From contig CALFMN010000021.1 in assembly GCA_937879875.1 (NCBI GenBank), positions 65,249-129,248 on the forward strand: a stretch of 64,000 nucleotides of DNA, given 5' to 3'. Below the pieces are notes generated by a model. The model did not search any database, was not told where the DNA came from, and saw only the letters and a program-made list of their open reading frames with translations. A program made the position numbers and the translations under genes. The stretch comes from an uncultured Chloroflexota bacterium. GTDB taxonomy: Bacteria > Chloroflexota > Dehalococcoidia > CAUJGQ01. This document shows positions 54,507 through 64,000 of the stretch, piece by piece. Each line of letters starts with the position of its first letter. The first letter of the stretch is position 1.

Positions 54507-55794
54507 CGGCTCAGCGGGTGAGGGCGTCGCCGTGCGGGATGCGGCCGAGGCGCCATGGCCCGTGTCCGCGCCGGCGATCCGGCCGCAGATCGCCGGCCGC
54601 TGGGTGAGCGCCAGGCCGCCGCTGCCTGGCATCGCGCTCGGCGTGCTCACGCCCACGATCGCTCGGCCGCGTGCCGACGGGCTCCCGCCGCAGCGGCCGC
54701 TGGCGTCGGGCGGCACCGTGCTGGTCGCGCAGGCGCTCGTGCCGGGGCTGGGCTACGCGCTGCTGCGGCGGCCGCTGCGCGGTGCGGTCACGCTCGCCAT
54801 GTTCGTCCTGGTCGTGCTGGCGCTGTACTGGCAGTTTCCCAAGGACGCGAAGCAGCCGGGCGCGGCCTGGCTCTGGTTCGGCGCGATCGCGGCCGCGGTC
54901 TGGCTGAACCTGCTGTACCGCACCGCGCGCGACATGCAATTCGCCGCGCTCGCAAGCGAAGACCTCGATTCCGCGGCGATGCAGCAGCGCAGGCACGCGC
55001 AGCGGCAGGGCTTCGTCCGCTCGCTGTGCGGACTCAACCTGCTGGCGATCGCGCTCGTTATCTATGGGCTGAACCGGCTGGCGATCGACGCGGAGGTCGA
55101 CTTCGCACTGTTCACCAGGCAAAGCAACCTGCACTCGGCCCAGCAGCTCGTCAGCGGCCTGTTTCACCCGAAGTGGTCGATCGCGGGCAGCACGATCAGC
55201 CACTACGCCTGGATCAGCCTGGAGATGGCGATCCTCGGCACCGTGGGCGGAGCAATCGTCGCCGCGCCCTTCAGCTTTCTCGCCGCGCGCAACCTGATGG
55301 GGCGGCATCCGGCGACGCGACCGGTCTACTACGTGATGCGTTTCCTCTTCAGCTGCATCCGCGCCATCCCCACGCTGATCTGGGGGTTGATCGCGATCTC
55401 CTTCACGCTCGGCCACTTTCCCGGCGTGATCGCGCTCAGCATCTTCTCCTTCGGCCTGCTGGCAAAACTCTATTCGGAGGCGATCGAGGCGATCGACTGG
55501 GGCCAGATCGAGGCAGTCACGGCCGCGGGCGCGAATCCGTTGCAGGTGGTGCTGTTCTCAGTCGTGCCGCAGGTCGTGCCCTACTTCATCTCGTCGACGC
55601 TGTACTCGCTGGAGGTCAACGTCCATTCTGCGGTGGTGCTGGGCCTGATCGGCGCCGGCGGCCTCGGCCTCGTGATCAACGAGTACGTCGGCACCTTCCA
55701 CTGGAGCGAGGCGTCGATGGTGCTGATCATCACGATCGTCATGACGCTCGCGATCGACTACGGCAGCGCCTTCATTCGCAGCCGGGTAGTGTAA
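54487..55794 (+). CDS. phnE: Phosphonate ABC transporter permease (PhnE) with about 200-aa N-terminal membrane extension
   Basis: C-terminal 230 aa match PhnE (…MAILGTVGGAIVAAPFSFLAARN…EAIEAID.GQIEA..AAGA...QVVLFSV.PQV.P…). Start overlaps the phnC stop. Confidence 0.8.
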   Translation: MSESTDNGSAGEGVAVRDAAEAPWPVSAPAIRPQIAGRWVSARPPLPGIALGVLTPTIARPRADGLPPQRPLASGGTVLVAQALVPGLGYALLRRPLRGAVTLAMFVLVVLALYWQFPKDAKQPGAAWLWFGAIAAAVWLNLLYRTARDMQFAALASEDLDSAAMQQRRHAQRQGFVRSLCGLNLLAIALVIYGLNRLAIDAEVDFALFTRQSNLHSAQQLVSGLFHPKWSIAGSTISHYAWISLEMAILGTVGGAIVAAPFSFLAARNLMGRHPATRPVYYVMRFLFSCIRAIPTLIWGLIAISFTLGHFPGVIALSIFSFGLLAKLYSEAIEAIDWGQIEAVTAAGANPLQVVLFSVVPQVVPYFISSTLYSLEVNVHSAVVLGLIGAGGLGLVINEYVGTFHWSEASMVLIITIVMTLAIDYGSAFIRSRVV

Positions 55795-55840
55795 GCTCGG
55801 CTCTGGTCTGCCGGCACGCGCGGACGCGGAGCACGAACCG

Positions 55841-57073
55841 ATGTCGCTGCCCGACGCCGATCCGGATCTGCCGCTCAGCGGCCTGCGCGTGATCGACTTC
55901 GCCACCACCGTCGCCGGTCCCTCGGCGGCGCGGCATCTCGCCGACTTCGGCGCGCAGGTGATCAAAGTCGAGTCGCAGGCGCACCCGGACACGCTGCGCG
56001 CGGCGACGCCCTTCCCCGAGCGCCAGGCCGGCGTGAACCGCTCCGGCTACTTCGCCGCCTACAACGCCGGCAAGCTCTCGTTCTCGCTCAACATGCAGAA
56101 GCCGGAGGCGCGCGAGATCGTGCGGCGGCTGGTGGAGCGCAGCGACGTGCTGATCGAGGCGTTCGTGCCTGGCGTGATGGCACGCTGGGGTCTGACCTAC
56201 GAACAGATCGGCGCCTGGAACCCACGCATAATCATGGCCAGCCACTGCCTGCAAGGGCAGACGGGGCCGCACGCGCAGCACCGCGGCTACGGCCAGATCG
56301 CCGGCGCGATGAGCGGCTGGTACGACCTCACCGGGCTGGAGGGCGGCGAGCCGCTCGGCCCGTACTCCGCCTACACCGACTTCGTCTCCTGGCCGTTCCT
56401 GCTCTCCGCCATCCTCGTGGCGCTGGACGTGCGCGACGGCACCGGTCGCGGCCAATATATCGACCACGCGCAGCTCGAAAGCTCGATCCACTTTCTCGCC
56501 GCGCCGCTGCTGGATCTGCAGATCAATGGCCGCGAGCTGACGCGCCGCGGCAACCGCGAGGACTATGTCTGCCCGAACAACGTCTATCAGTGCGCCGGCG
56601 ACGACCGCTGGATCGCGATCACCGTCGATTCCGACGCGGCCTGGACCGCGCTGTGCGAAGCGTTGGGCCATGCCGAGGCGGGCAGCGAGGCGCGCTTTGC
56701 CACGCTCGCCGGGCGCAAGGCGCACGAGGCCGAGATCGATGCGTTGATCACGGGCTGGGTGGCCGGCGCGGAGCCGTTCGCGCTGGCCGAACGGCTGCAA
56801 GGTGCGGGTGTCGCGGCCGGCGTGGTGGAGCGGGCAGAGGATCTGTTTGCCGACCCGCAGTTGCAGCACCGCGGCTTTTTCACGCGGCTGCCGCACGCGG
56901 AGATCGGCGAGCACGCCGTGCTGACGCAGAGCTTCCGCATCGACGGCTGGCGGCCCGGTCCGGCGCGGGCCGCGCCGTTGCTTGGCGAACACACGCACGC
57001 GATCTGCAGCGAACTGCTGGAGCTGAACGAGGCTGAGATCGCCCGGTTCGCGGCGGCGGGCGTGTTCGAATAA
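55841..57073 (+). CDS. Family III CoA-transferase (CaiB/BaiF-like)
   Basis: LSGLRVIDFATTVAGPSAARHLADFGAQVIKVES N-terminal signature of CaiB/BaiF enzymes. Confidence 0.85.
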   Translation: MSLPDADPDLPLSGLRVIDFATTVAGPSAARHLADFGAQVIKVESQAHPDTLRAATPFPERQAGVNRSGYFAAYNAGKLSFSLNMQKPEAREIVRRLVERSDVLIEAFVPGVMARWGLTYEQIGAWNPRIIMASHCLQGQTGPHAQHRGYGQIAGAMSGWYDLTGLEGGEPLGPYSAYTDFVSWPFLLSAILVALDVRDGTGRGQYIDHAQLESSIHFLAAPLLDLQINGRELTRRGNREDYVCPNNVYQCAGDDRWIAITVDSDAAWTALCEALGHAEAGSEARFATLAGRKAHEAEIDALITGWVAGAEPFALAERLQGAGVAAGVVERAEDLFADPQLQHRGFFTRLPHAEIGEHAVLTQSFRIDGWRPGPARAAPLLGEHTHAICSELLELNEAEIARFAAAGVFE

Positions 57074-57093
57074 ACGACGCGCAGGAGCGATCG

Positions 57094-57930
57094 ATGTACC
57101 AGGAGATCCTGTTCGAGGTTGAGGATCCGGTCGCCACGATCACGCTGAACCACCCGGAGAAGCTGAACGCGCTGACCTCGCGCATGCAGCAGGAGCTGCG
57201 CCACGCGCTCGGCGAGGCCGAGCGCCGGGCGGACGTGGTCGGCATTGTGATTACGGGCGCGGGGCGCGGCTTCTGCGCCGGCGCCGACATGGGCGAGCTG
57301 CGCGTGATTCAAGCCGCCGGCTCGATCGCGGCGGCGGAGACGAAGACCGAGTTCGCCAGCGCGCGTGCGGGCGATCCGGCGATGGGCCCGGACTACACGC
57401 GCGTCTTCACCTATCTCCTGACCGTGCGCAAGCCGATCATCGCTGCGATCAACGGTCCCTGCGCGGGCCTCGGCTTCTCGCTGGTGATGTTCTGCGACCT
57501 GCGCTTCGCCGCCGAAGATGCGTTGATTACCACGGCCTACGCGCAGCGCGGTCTCGTCGCCGAGCACGGGACGAGCTGGATGCTGCCACGGCTGATCGGC
57601 CCGGCGCGGGCGCTGGACGTGCTTTGGAGCGGGCGTCGCTTCGATGGGCGCGAGGCGCTGCAACTGGGCATCGCCAACGCCGCCGTGCCGCGCGAGCGGC
57701 TGCTGGTCGAGACGCAGGAGTACGTGCGCACGCTGGCAGCCACCAGTTCGCCGGCGTCGCTGATGCAGATGAAGCGCCAGGTCTACCGCCATCTGATGCT
57801 GCCGCTGGGCGAGGCGATGGACGAAACGCAGGCGCTGATGGACGCGAGCGTGACACGGCCGGACTTCAACGAAGGGCTCGCCTCGTTCGCGGAGCGCCGG
57901 GCGCCGCGCTTCGGCCGCGTGCAGGGCTGA
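57094..57930 (+). CDS. Enoyl-CoA hydratase/isomerase (crotonase) family protein
   Basis: ITLNHPEKLNAL...ITGAGRGFCAGADM oxyanion-hole motifs. GCAGGAGCG RBS. Confidence 0.9.
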   Translation: MYQEILFEVEDPVATITLNHPEKLNALTSRMQQELRHALGEAERRADVVGIVITGAGRGFCAGADMGELRVIQAAGSIAAAETKTEFASARAGDPAMGPDYTRVFTYLLTVRKPIIAAINGPCAGLGFSLVMFCDLRFAAEDALITTAYAQRGLVAEHGTSWMLPRLIGPARALDVLWSGRRFDGREALQLGIANAAVPRERLLVETQEYVRTLAATSSPASLMQMKRQVYRHLMLPLGEAMDETQALMDASVTRPDFNEGLASFAERRAPRFGRVQG

Positions 57931-57949
57931 GGCGGGCGATCCGCGGCGT

Positions 57950-58125
57950 TCGGCCCTCACCCCCGTCCCCTCTCCCAATCGTCCAGATCGCGCGGAGCGC
58001 GATGTCAGATGGCGAGGGGCGATCCTGGGTTGCTAACGCGAGAGGGCGTCGGGTTAACCGAAGGTTGATTGGAACGCTTCAGGCAGGATCGTCTCCTTCT
58101 CCCAGGATTGGGAGCCAGAGCGTAG
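57950..58125. repeat. Family-2 palindromic repeat, full copy
   Basis: ggccctcacccccgtcccctctcccaatcgtccag ...core... gcaggatcgtctccttctcccaggattgggag. Confidence 0.75.
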
Positions 58126-58232
58126 CGCAACCGTCGGAGACGTTCAAAGCACAGGAGAGGATGAGGGCCGAACGCCGCGAACGGGCGCCATGGTCGTGAT
58201 GCGTCAAACGTGAGCTGCGGCGGTCTGCCCGG

Positions 58233-58625
58233 TTAGTGCGCGTGCGCCAGCTCGGGCGCGACGAGGTGCTCTTCAAGATGCGTGGCCGGCTCGCCGGGGA
58301 ATGTCTCGCTCGAACCGGGCTTCGGCAGCGATCGCAGCACGGAGTCGAGCAGGCCGGGAAAGCGGGTGTCGAGGTCATCGCAGCGCAGGGCATACAGCCG
58401 CGTCGTGCCTTCGACACGAACCGAGACGATCCCTGCCTGCCGCAGCACCTTCAGGTGGTGTGAGAGCGTCGGCTTGGGGATGGGAATGCCCAGCTCGCCG
58501 CAGGGCCGCAGGCTGGTTTGCAGCGCAAGCTGCTGCACCACGCGCAGACGCACCGGATCGCTCAGCGCATACAGCACGTCGGTCAGCGAGAGATGTTCGC
58601 AAGCAGGATGGAACAGCGTTCGCAT
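58233..58625 (-). CDS. ArsR/SmtB family transcriptional regulator
   Basis: LSDPVRLRVVQQLA...LSHHLKVLRQAGIV. Confidence 0.8.
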   Translation of the reverse strand: MRTLFHPACEHLSLTDVLYALSDPVRLRVVQQLALQTSLRPCGELGIPIPKPTLSHHLKVLRQAGIVSVRVEGTTRLYALRCDDLDTRFPGLLDSVLRSLPKPGSSETFPGEPATHLEEHLVAPELAHAH

Positions 58626-58872
58626 GCCTGCATTCTGGCACGTTACCTCGCGTTCCTCAAATATGCCCGTCCTACGCAGTGCCGCCCGCCCGTTCTGGAG
58701 TCACGAAATGGTAACGACTCGCCGGTCGCGCGATCCGCGCAACGCCGCCGGGCGTACCCCGATCAGGACGATCCCTTCAGCCCTCGATCCGCGCGCCGAT
58801 AACTCATGCGTAGCGCCGCAGAACCGCGGGACGCCAGGGCGGCCGGAATCCTGCTCTCCGGGAGTACCAGCC

Positions 58873-59838
58873 GTGAACCAGTTCAGCCAGGACGCCGGCC
58901 AGCCTCCGGCCGCGCCGAGCGGCGGCGCCGATCTCTTCACCGTGTGGGCGACCAGCACCCTGATCGGCGTCTACATCGTGCAAGACGGCGTCTTCGCGTG
59001 GGTCAACGAGACCTTTCGCCGCGACCTCGGCTACGAGGCGGGGGCGCTGGTTGGACGCGCGCCCCTGACGCTGATCCACGCGGACGATCGCCTGCTCGCC
59101 CATACGGCCGCGGTGCGCATGTTGCACGGCACGCTGCGCACGCCGTACGAGTTCCGCTATCTCACCCACGGCGGCGACGTGCGCTGGGCGCTGGAGACGG
59201 TGGCCTCGATTCCGTTCCACGGCCGGCGGGCGGTGCTCGGCAACTTCATGGACATCACGGCGCGCAAAGACGCCGAAGCGCAGCTGGCCCACCAGGCCTT
59301 TCACGACCCGCTGACCGATCTGCCCAACCGCGCCCTGTTCATGGAGCGGCTGACACGCGCCCTCACCCGGCGCGAGCGCCATCCCGGCGAAGCAGCCGTG
59401 CTCTACCTCGACCTCGACGGCTTCAAGGCGGTGAACGACTCGCTTGGCCATCACGCCGGCGACCAACTGCTCACGGCCGTCGCGCGTCGGCTGAGCGGCA
59501 GCGTTCGCCCGAGCGACACCGTTGCCCGCCTGGGCGGCGATGAGTTCGCGGTACTGCTGGAGGACATGCAGGCGCCGGCACATGCGCTGCGCGTCGCCGA
59601 AGACCTGATCGCCGCGCTGCGCGAGCCCTTCATCGTCACCGGCCACCAGGTCGCGGTGACGAGCAGCGCCGGGGTCACGGTGAGCCGGCCGCTGGTCGCC
59701 TCGCCGGAAGGGCTGCTGCGCGAGGCCGACGCGGCGCTGTATCTCGCCAAGGCGCGGGGCAAAGCCTGCGCCGTGCTCGCCGTGCCAGACGCGATCCGCA
59801 CCGCCCGTCCGGAGCTGAGCGAGATCCCGGCCGCGTAG
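58873..59838 (+). CDS. PAS-GGDEF diguanylate cyclase
   Basis: GTG 58873. PAS-like N-terminus. ...HDPLTDLPNRALF... and GGDEF motif LGGDEFAVLL. The ORF-track start at 58282 is in a long GC-shadow frame. Confidence 0.8.
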   Translation: MNQFSQDAGQPPAAPSGGADLFTVWATSTLIGVYIVQDGVFAWVNETFRRDLGYEAGALVGRAPLTLIHADDRLLAHTAAVRMLHGTLRTPYEFRYLTHGGDVRWALETVASIPFHGRRAVLGNFMDITARKDAEAQLAHQAFHDPLTDLPNRALFMERLTRALTRRERHPGEAAVLYLDLDGFKAVNDSLGHHAGDQLLTAVARRLSGSVRPSDTVARLGGDEFAVLLEDMQAPAHALRVAEDLIAALREPFIVTGHQVAVTSSAGVTVSRPLVASPEGLLREADAALYLAKARGKACAVLAVPDAIRTARPELSEIPAA

Positions 59839-59998
59839 CCCGGCCGCACGCTCAGCCTCACACGGCCTCGTTCATCCCCGGCGTACTGTTAAAGCCGCGC
59901 GTGGCGACGTACGCTGCGATCGAGAGCGGCAACCTGGCTCGGGCCGTGCGTTCGCTCACGGCGGCACGGGACGGTCCACGCCGCGGCGAGGGATCGCG

Positions 59999-61129
59999 AT
60001 GGGCGGCACACTCACGGTCGGCCGGATCGCCGGGATCAAGGTCCGTGTGCATTTTAGCTGGGTCGTGGTGCTCGTGCTGCTGGTCTGGTCGCTGGCCGCG
60101 AGCGAGTTTCCCAGCGCTTATCCGCACTGGAGCCAGGCCGAGTACTGGGTCACGGCCACGATCGCCTCGCTGCTGCTGTTCGTCTCCGTGCTGGTCCACG
60201 AGCTCAGCCACTCACTGGTCGCGCGGGCACGCGGCCTCTCGGTCGCCTCGATCACACTGTTTATCTTCGGCGGCGTCTCACAGATCGAGCAGGAAGCACG
60301 CACGCCGGGCGTCGAGTTCGCCGTGGCCGTCGTCGGTCCGCTGGCGAGCCTGATCATCGCCGGCATCTGCTTTGCGCTCACGCCGCTCGCCGGCGCGGTC
60401 AGCCAGCAGACAAAGGCGGTGTTGGTCTACCTCGGCGCGGTCAATCTGCTGCTGGGCATTTTCAACCTGCTGCCCGGCTTCCCGCTGGACGGGGGCCGCG
60501 TCCTGCGCTCGCTGGTCTGGCGGGCCACGCACAGCCCCGTACGCGGCACGGTGGTCGCGGCGTCGGTGGGGCGGCTGATCGGCTTTTTGATGATCATCGG
60601 CGGCGTGATCGCCACGTTCAGCGGCGCCGGCTTCAGCGGCCTCTGGATCGCCTTCATCGGCTGGTTTCTGGACAACGCGGCCAGCGCCTCGCTGCAGCAG
60701 ACGGCCGTGCACGGCGTGATCAGCGGCGCCCATGTCTCCGACGCGATGACCACCGACTTCAAAACCGTGGTGCCGGCGCTGCCGGTGGAAGCGCTGGTGG
60801 AGGAGTACATCCAGGGCAGCCACCAGCGCAGCTTCCCCGTCTTCGGCGGCGGGCGGCTGTGGGGTCTCGTCTCGCTGGCGGATGTGGCGCACCTGCCGCG
60901 CGACCGCTGGGCCGAAACGCCGGTCGAGCGGATCATGACGCCGCGCGAGCGGCTGAAGACCACCAGCAGCGACACGCCGATCGAAGTCGCGCTGCCCGAG
61001 CTGCAGCGCAGCGGCGTCAAGCAGCTCGTGGTGCTCGAAGGCGAGCCGGAGCGCGTGGCCGGCCTGCTCAGCCGCGCCGACCTGATGGACTACCTGCAGG
61101 TGCAACAACTGCTGGCCAGACAGGTCTGA
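59999..61129 (+). CDS. Site-2 protease (M50) family zinc metalloprotease with tandem CBS domains
   Basis: HELSH zinc motif in TM helix. LLPGFPLDGGRVL second motif. Two CBS-like repeats at the C-terminus. Confidence 0.85.
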   Translation: MGGTLTVGRIAGIKVRVHFSWVVVLVLLVWSLAASEFPSAYPHWSQAEYWVTATIASLLLFVSVLVHELSHSLVARARGLSVASITLFIFGGVSQIEQEARTPGVEFAVAVVGPLASLIIAGICFALTPLAGAVSQQTKAVLVYLGAVNLLLGIFNLLPGFPLDGGRVLRSLVWRATHSPVRGTVVAASVGRLIGFLMIIGGVIATFSGAGFSGLWIAFIGWFLDNAASASLQQTAVHGVISGAHVSDAMTTDFKTVVPALPVEALVEEYIQGSHQRSFPVFGGGRLWGLVSLADVAHLPRDRWAETPVERIMTPRERLKTTSSDTPIEVALPELQRSGVKQLVVLEGEPERVAGLLSRADLMDYLQVQQLLARQV

Positions 61130-61423
61130 GCGCGAGGACAGGGAGGCGATCCGGCACACTGCTCCGCGTTGGCCACCACCCCGTCCGCTGTGCCCCGTTT
61201 GCCGCGACCTGTGCGCTCGGGGCCGCCAGGCTGCCTCCTCGCCCCCTGGCGTGGCTGTGCGTACTCCACGCTCACCTACGGCCACTCGATGGTGCTCGGC
61301 TTCATCGATCCGGCCGAGGTGGACGTGGTTTCGGCGGACCCACATGTCGGCGGTCAGCCAATCGCCGAGGCGGTGCCAGCAGTTCCGACCACCGTCGCGG
61401 CCCGCGCAAGGGCCGGTCCTGGG

Positions 61424-62854
61424 CTACGGCGTGCCCGGATACGGCGTGGCCACGTAGGGGAAGGCCGGCAGCGGCGCTTCGTCCGGGGCGTCCACGCCGT
61501 CGCCAAGCGTGGACGCCGCCGGGTCAGGCGTAAACGACTTGTCGATCAGCGGATAGGTGGCGCCGGCCATGGCTTGCAGCACGATGTCCACCACGTCGTC
61601 GGTCAGCCGGCGTCCGTTGGGGAAGCCCTGCGTGTCGTTTGCCAGCACGCCCAGCCGGTTCGGGTTGACCGTGGGCGGGACGGCGACGTTGAGGCGCAGC
61701 TCGTCCGCGGGGAGATTGGTGCCCGTGTTGTTGAGACCGGGCACGCCGAAGAGGAAGATCTCGGAGATATCGCCGCGCGGCGTGGGTGGCACGTTGATAT
61801 TGTGGATCAGCTTCAGCAGCCGCGCCGGCTCCGGATCGGTGTAGTACTGCATATACTGCGCATCGTCGGCGGGCGCCGACTCGCCGAAGTGGTCCTGCTG
61901 CGCGATCGGAATCAGCAGTTCATTGGTCAGCGGCATACCGAGGCGGGACACCTGGACGTAGCCGCCCGACTCCTGCGGCGGGGTGCCATCCGTATTCAGC
62001 ACTGACGTCGACTGCCGGTAGGCGGCGGTCCACACACCGATGATTGCATCGCTCGCTTTGGGGTCGGCCGGCCGTTGGCCGTCGTTGGTCAGCGAGCCGA
62101 TCGGCACCTGCAGGACGATGCTGTGGACGTTGCTGCCCTTCAGCGTGTTGACCGCCGCTGTCGGCCTGAGCTGCAGCAGATCGAAGACGGCGCCGAGATC
62201 GATGAAGAACGGATCGGCGCGCTGGCCGGCGAAGACCTGGCCGCCGCCGGGCAACGGGTTGGTCGCCGCCTGGGCCAGCGCGGGATAGTTCGGCGTGGAA
62301 GCCTGGCCCACGTTCACCGGCGGCGTCTTGCAGGCGCTGCAGAGCACCATCGAGCCGTTCGCATCGACGCGCGTGACCTGCATCGACTGCCGCACGTTCC
62401 AGTTCGGGTCATCCAGCGACATGATCGGCCCGGTGTTGTACAGGAACGTGTTCTTGTTCTGATAGGTCGTCGTGAACTGGAAGTAGTAGCTGATGTGCGG
62501 CTGTCCGTCGCCCATGTTGTCGATGTTGATGCTGTACAGCACATCATCGCCGAAGCGCTCGAAGCTCGGCCCACCCTGTGGAAACTCCGGGCCGATGTAG
62601 TCCGCGATCAACGTCACCGTGTCTGGCTTATCAGGGCTGACAAACGCGTAGAGATCCGTGCTGTCCGCCACCGGATCCCCACTGATCAGCGGCGCTTCGC
62701 GGTAGCTGCCTGCGATCGCCGCGTGTGGATCATGCGTCGCGGCTACCGGCAAACACAGCGCCGTCAGTACCGCGAAGACCAGCGTCTTTCGCAACGTTCC
62801 AACCTTCTGTCTCGGGTTACAGGGGGTGATGCGTGCCGGGATAGGCGATTTCAA
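61424..62854 (-). CDS. DUF4331 family secreted protein
   Basis: Signal peptide LVFAVLTALCLPVAA. DSTDLYAFVSPD and RADPFFIDL motifs are characteristic of DUF4331. Exact start uncertain. Confidence 0.7.
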   Translation of the reverse strand: MKSPIPARITPCNPRQKVGTLRKTLVFAVLTALCLPVAATHDPHAAIAGSYREAPLISGDPVADSTDLYAFVSPDKPDTVTLIADYIGPEFPQGGPSFERFGDDVLYSINIDNMGDGQPHISYYFQFTTTYQNKNTFLYNTGPIMSLDDPNWNVRQSMQVTRVDANGSMVLCSACKTPPVNVGQASTPNYPALAQAATNPLPGGGQVFAGQRADPFFIDLGAVFDLLQLRPTAAVNTLKGSNVHSIVLQVPIGSLTNDGQRPADPKASDAIIGVWTAAYRQSTSVLNTDGTPPQESGGYVQVSRLGMPLTNELLIPIAQQDHFGESAPADDAQYMQYYTDPEPARLLKLIHNINVPPTPRGDISEIFLFGVPGLNNTGTNLPADELRLNVAVPPTVNPNRLGVLANDTQGFPNGRRLTDDVVDIVLQAMAGATYPLIDKSFTPDPAASTLGDGVDAPDEAPLPAFPYVATPYPGTP

Positions 62855-62915
62855 CCCGCAACGTGCCTGACGATCGGCGGTTCGAACCCGTCTTCGAGCC
62901 CAGTGCGCCGGCCGG

Positions 62916-64000
62916 TTAGCCGGCGATCGTCACCTGACCGCTGTCGCCATCGACGGAAACCAGCTGGCCCGTCTTGATCAGGCGGGTGGCGCCTTTGACG
63001 GCGACGACAGCAGGAATGCCGAACTCGCGCGCCACCGTAGCCGCATGTGAAAGCAGTCCGCCCGTTTCCACCACCACGGCCGCGGCGGCAACGAACAACG
63101 GCGTCCAGGGCGCGTCGGTGTAGGGTGCAACCAGCACCTCGCCGGGCTCCAGCTCAACTTCTTCGGCGGCTTCGGCGGAGAGCACGACGCGGGCCTTGCC
63201 CGAGGCCTTCCCCGCCGACACCGGCATGCCGTTGAGCACACCGTCAGCGGTGAGCGGCGCCGTCACTGGCTGCAGCGGAAGCAGCTCGACGGGCGTGCTG
63301 AAGACTTCAGGCAGGGTGTATTGCTCCAGCCGCTCGCGTACGGCGCGGCGGCGCCGGACGCTCGCGCGCGCCTCTGCCGTATCGAGCCTGCCCTGCACGG
63401 CGCGCTCGACTTCGTCCGCAAGCAGGTACCAGAAGTCGTCGGGCTCAGCGATCAGGCCGCCTGCCGTGAAGCGCCGGGCCAGCTCCAGCAGCGGCGCACG
63501 CACCGGCCGCAGCGAACGCACCCAGTTCGCCTTCGACGCCTCACGCAGCCGGGCGAAGCGCTGCGAGCCGGCCAGTAAGCGGTTGAACTCGGCCAGCGCG
63601 GCGCGCGGCAACTGCCGGCGCACGTCCGCCTCGACGGCTTCGCGGCGCGTCGCCGCTGCCTCTTCGAGCCGGTACGGATCGTGCTCCTTGCCGGCGTGCA
63701 GGAAGGCTTTGATCGCGCTGATCGCAAAGGCCGGCTCCTCCTCCCAATCGGCGGCCGATGGATCGGCCTCGCGCTGGCCGCGGAACCCGAACTCGGCGAT
63801 GAAGGCGTCAAAGCGCTCGGCAAAGGCCTTCCAGCCGGCGCCGCGCGGTTCGCGCAGCTTCGCCGCGATTGTGTGCGGCGCGAGGTGTTCGACCTCCTCG
63901 GCCAGCGCGTTGTGCCGGCGCACGAATTGCGCCACGTCCCAGGCGCCCTTCCCCGGCCGCGCGCTCTCCACCCCGCGCAGGGCGCTGGTCAACCCAACGA
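62916..64000 (-). CDS. PEP-utilising enzyme (PEP synthase/rifampicin-phosphotransferase-like), C-terminal part; gene continues beyond window
   Basis: C-terminal mobile phosphohistidine domain ...VVETGGLLSHAATVAREFGIPAVV... Confidence 0.75.
   Translation of the reverse strand, partial: VGLTSALRGVESARPGKGAWDVAQFVRRHNALAEEVEHLAPHTIAAKLREPRGAGWKAFAERFDAFIAEFGFRGQREADPSAADWEEEPAFAISAIKAFLHAGKEHDPYRLEEAAATRREAVEADVRRQLPRAALAEFNRLLAGSQRFARLREASKANWVRSLRPVRAPLLELARRFTAGGLIAEPDDFWYLLADEVERAVQGRLDTAEARASVRRRRAVRERLEQYTLPEVFSTPVELLPLQPVTAPLTADGVLNGMPVSAGKASGKARVVLSAEAAEEVELEPGEVLVAPYTDAPWTPLFVAAAAVVVETGGLLSHAATVAREFGIPAVVAVKGATRLIKTGQLVSVDGDSGQVTIAG

Noticed and set aside
62860-62900. tRNA-like T-arm motif GGCGGTTCGAACCCGTC
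   Set aside because: No complementary 5' acceptor strand (gctcgaaga) is found 60-75 nt upstream, and there are no D- or anticodon-arm candidates.
1-64000. CRISPR arrays, rRNA genes, integrons or prophage blocks
   Set aside because: No regularly spaced direct repeats with unique spacers, no rRNA-like conserved stretches and no phage structural or integrase genes were seen. The only integrase or transposase-like genes are the IS110, IS630 and ISL3 elements listed.

Overview
High-GC (~68-70%) bacterial chromosomal segment. The codon usage, the abundance of small palindromic repeats and the gene content suggest a Chloroflexota/Thermomicrobia-like organism, but that is inference only.

Three regions stand out.

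- **Metabolic blocks.** The core genes include:
  - a fused electron-transfer flavoprotein beta-alpha;
  - an SthA-like transhydrogenase;
  - hydantoinase A/B;
  - a D-aminoacylase;
  - an apparent phnDCE-like phosphonate ABC transporter followed by a CoA-transferase and a crotonase;
  - a PAS-GGDEF protein;
  - an M50-CBS protease.
- **Repeats and mobile DNA.** The sequence is interrupted by two families of interspersed palindromic, MITE-like repeats. It also carries four IS elements, none with an intact transposase: an IS110 remnant, two head-to-head IS630-family elements, and one ISL3 element with an in-frame amber codon.
- **Gene-decay zone.** A 10-kb stretch (about 31.5-41.7 kb) is rich in pseudogene fragments.

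The most notable single feature is a selenoprotein gene at 30963..31481. Its in-frame TGA reads ...ALAD-U-GSC-TTCS..., the signature of the UGSC (seleno)protein family. It lies immediately downstream of a gene encoding a thioredoxin-fold (CPTC) N-terminus fused to a large uncharacterised domain. It lies upstream of the IS630-shattered remains of a flavoprotein disulfide reductase. Together these look like a three-gene selenium-dependent redox module.

Other points of interest:

- two large secreted proteins carrying a roughly 160-aa module repeated four times, joined by Pro/Thr linkers encoded by tandem DNA repeats;
- a HyuB with a fused acetone-carboxylase-gamma-like zinc ribbon;
- a radical-SAM gene with a mini RAM-domain neighbour;
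- a low-GC islet.

Start codons were adjusted by eye; the supplied ORF track reports alternative starts (GTG/TTG) as M.
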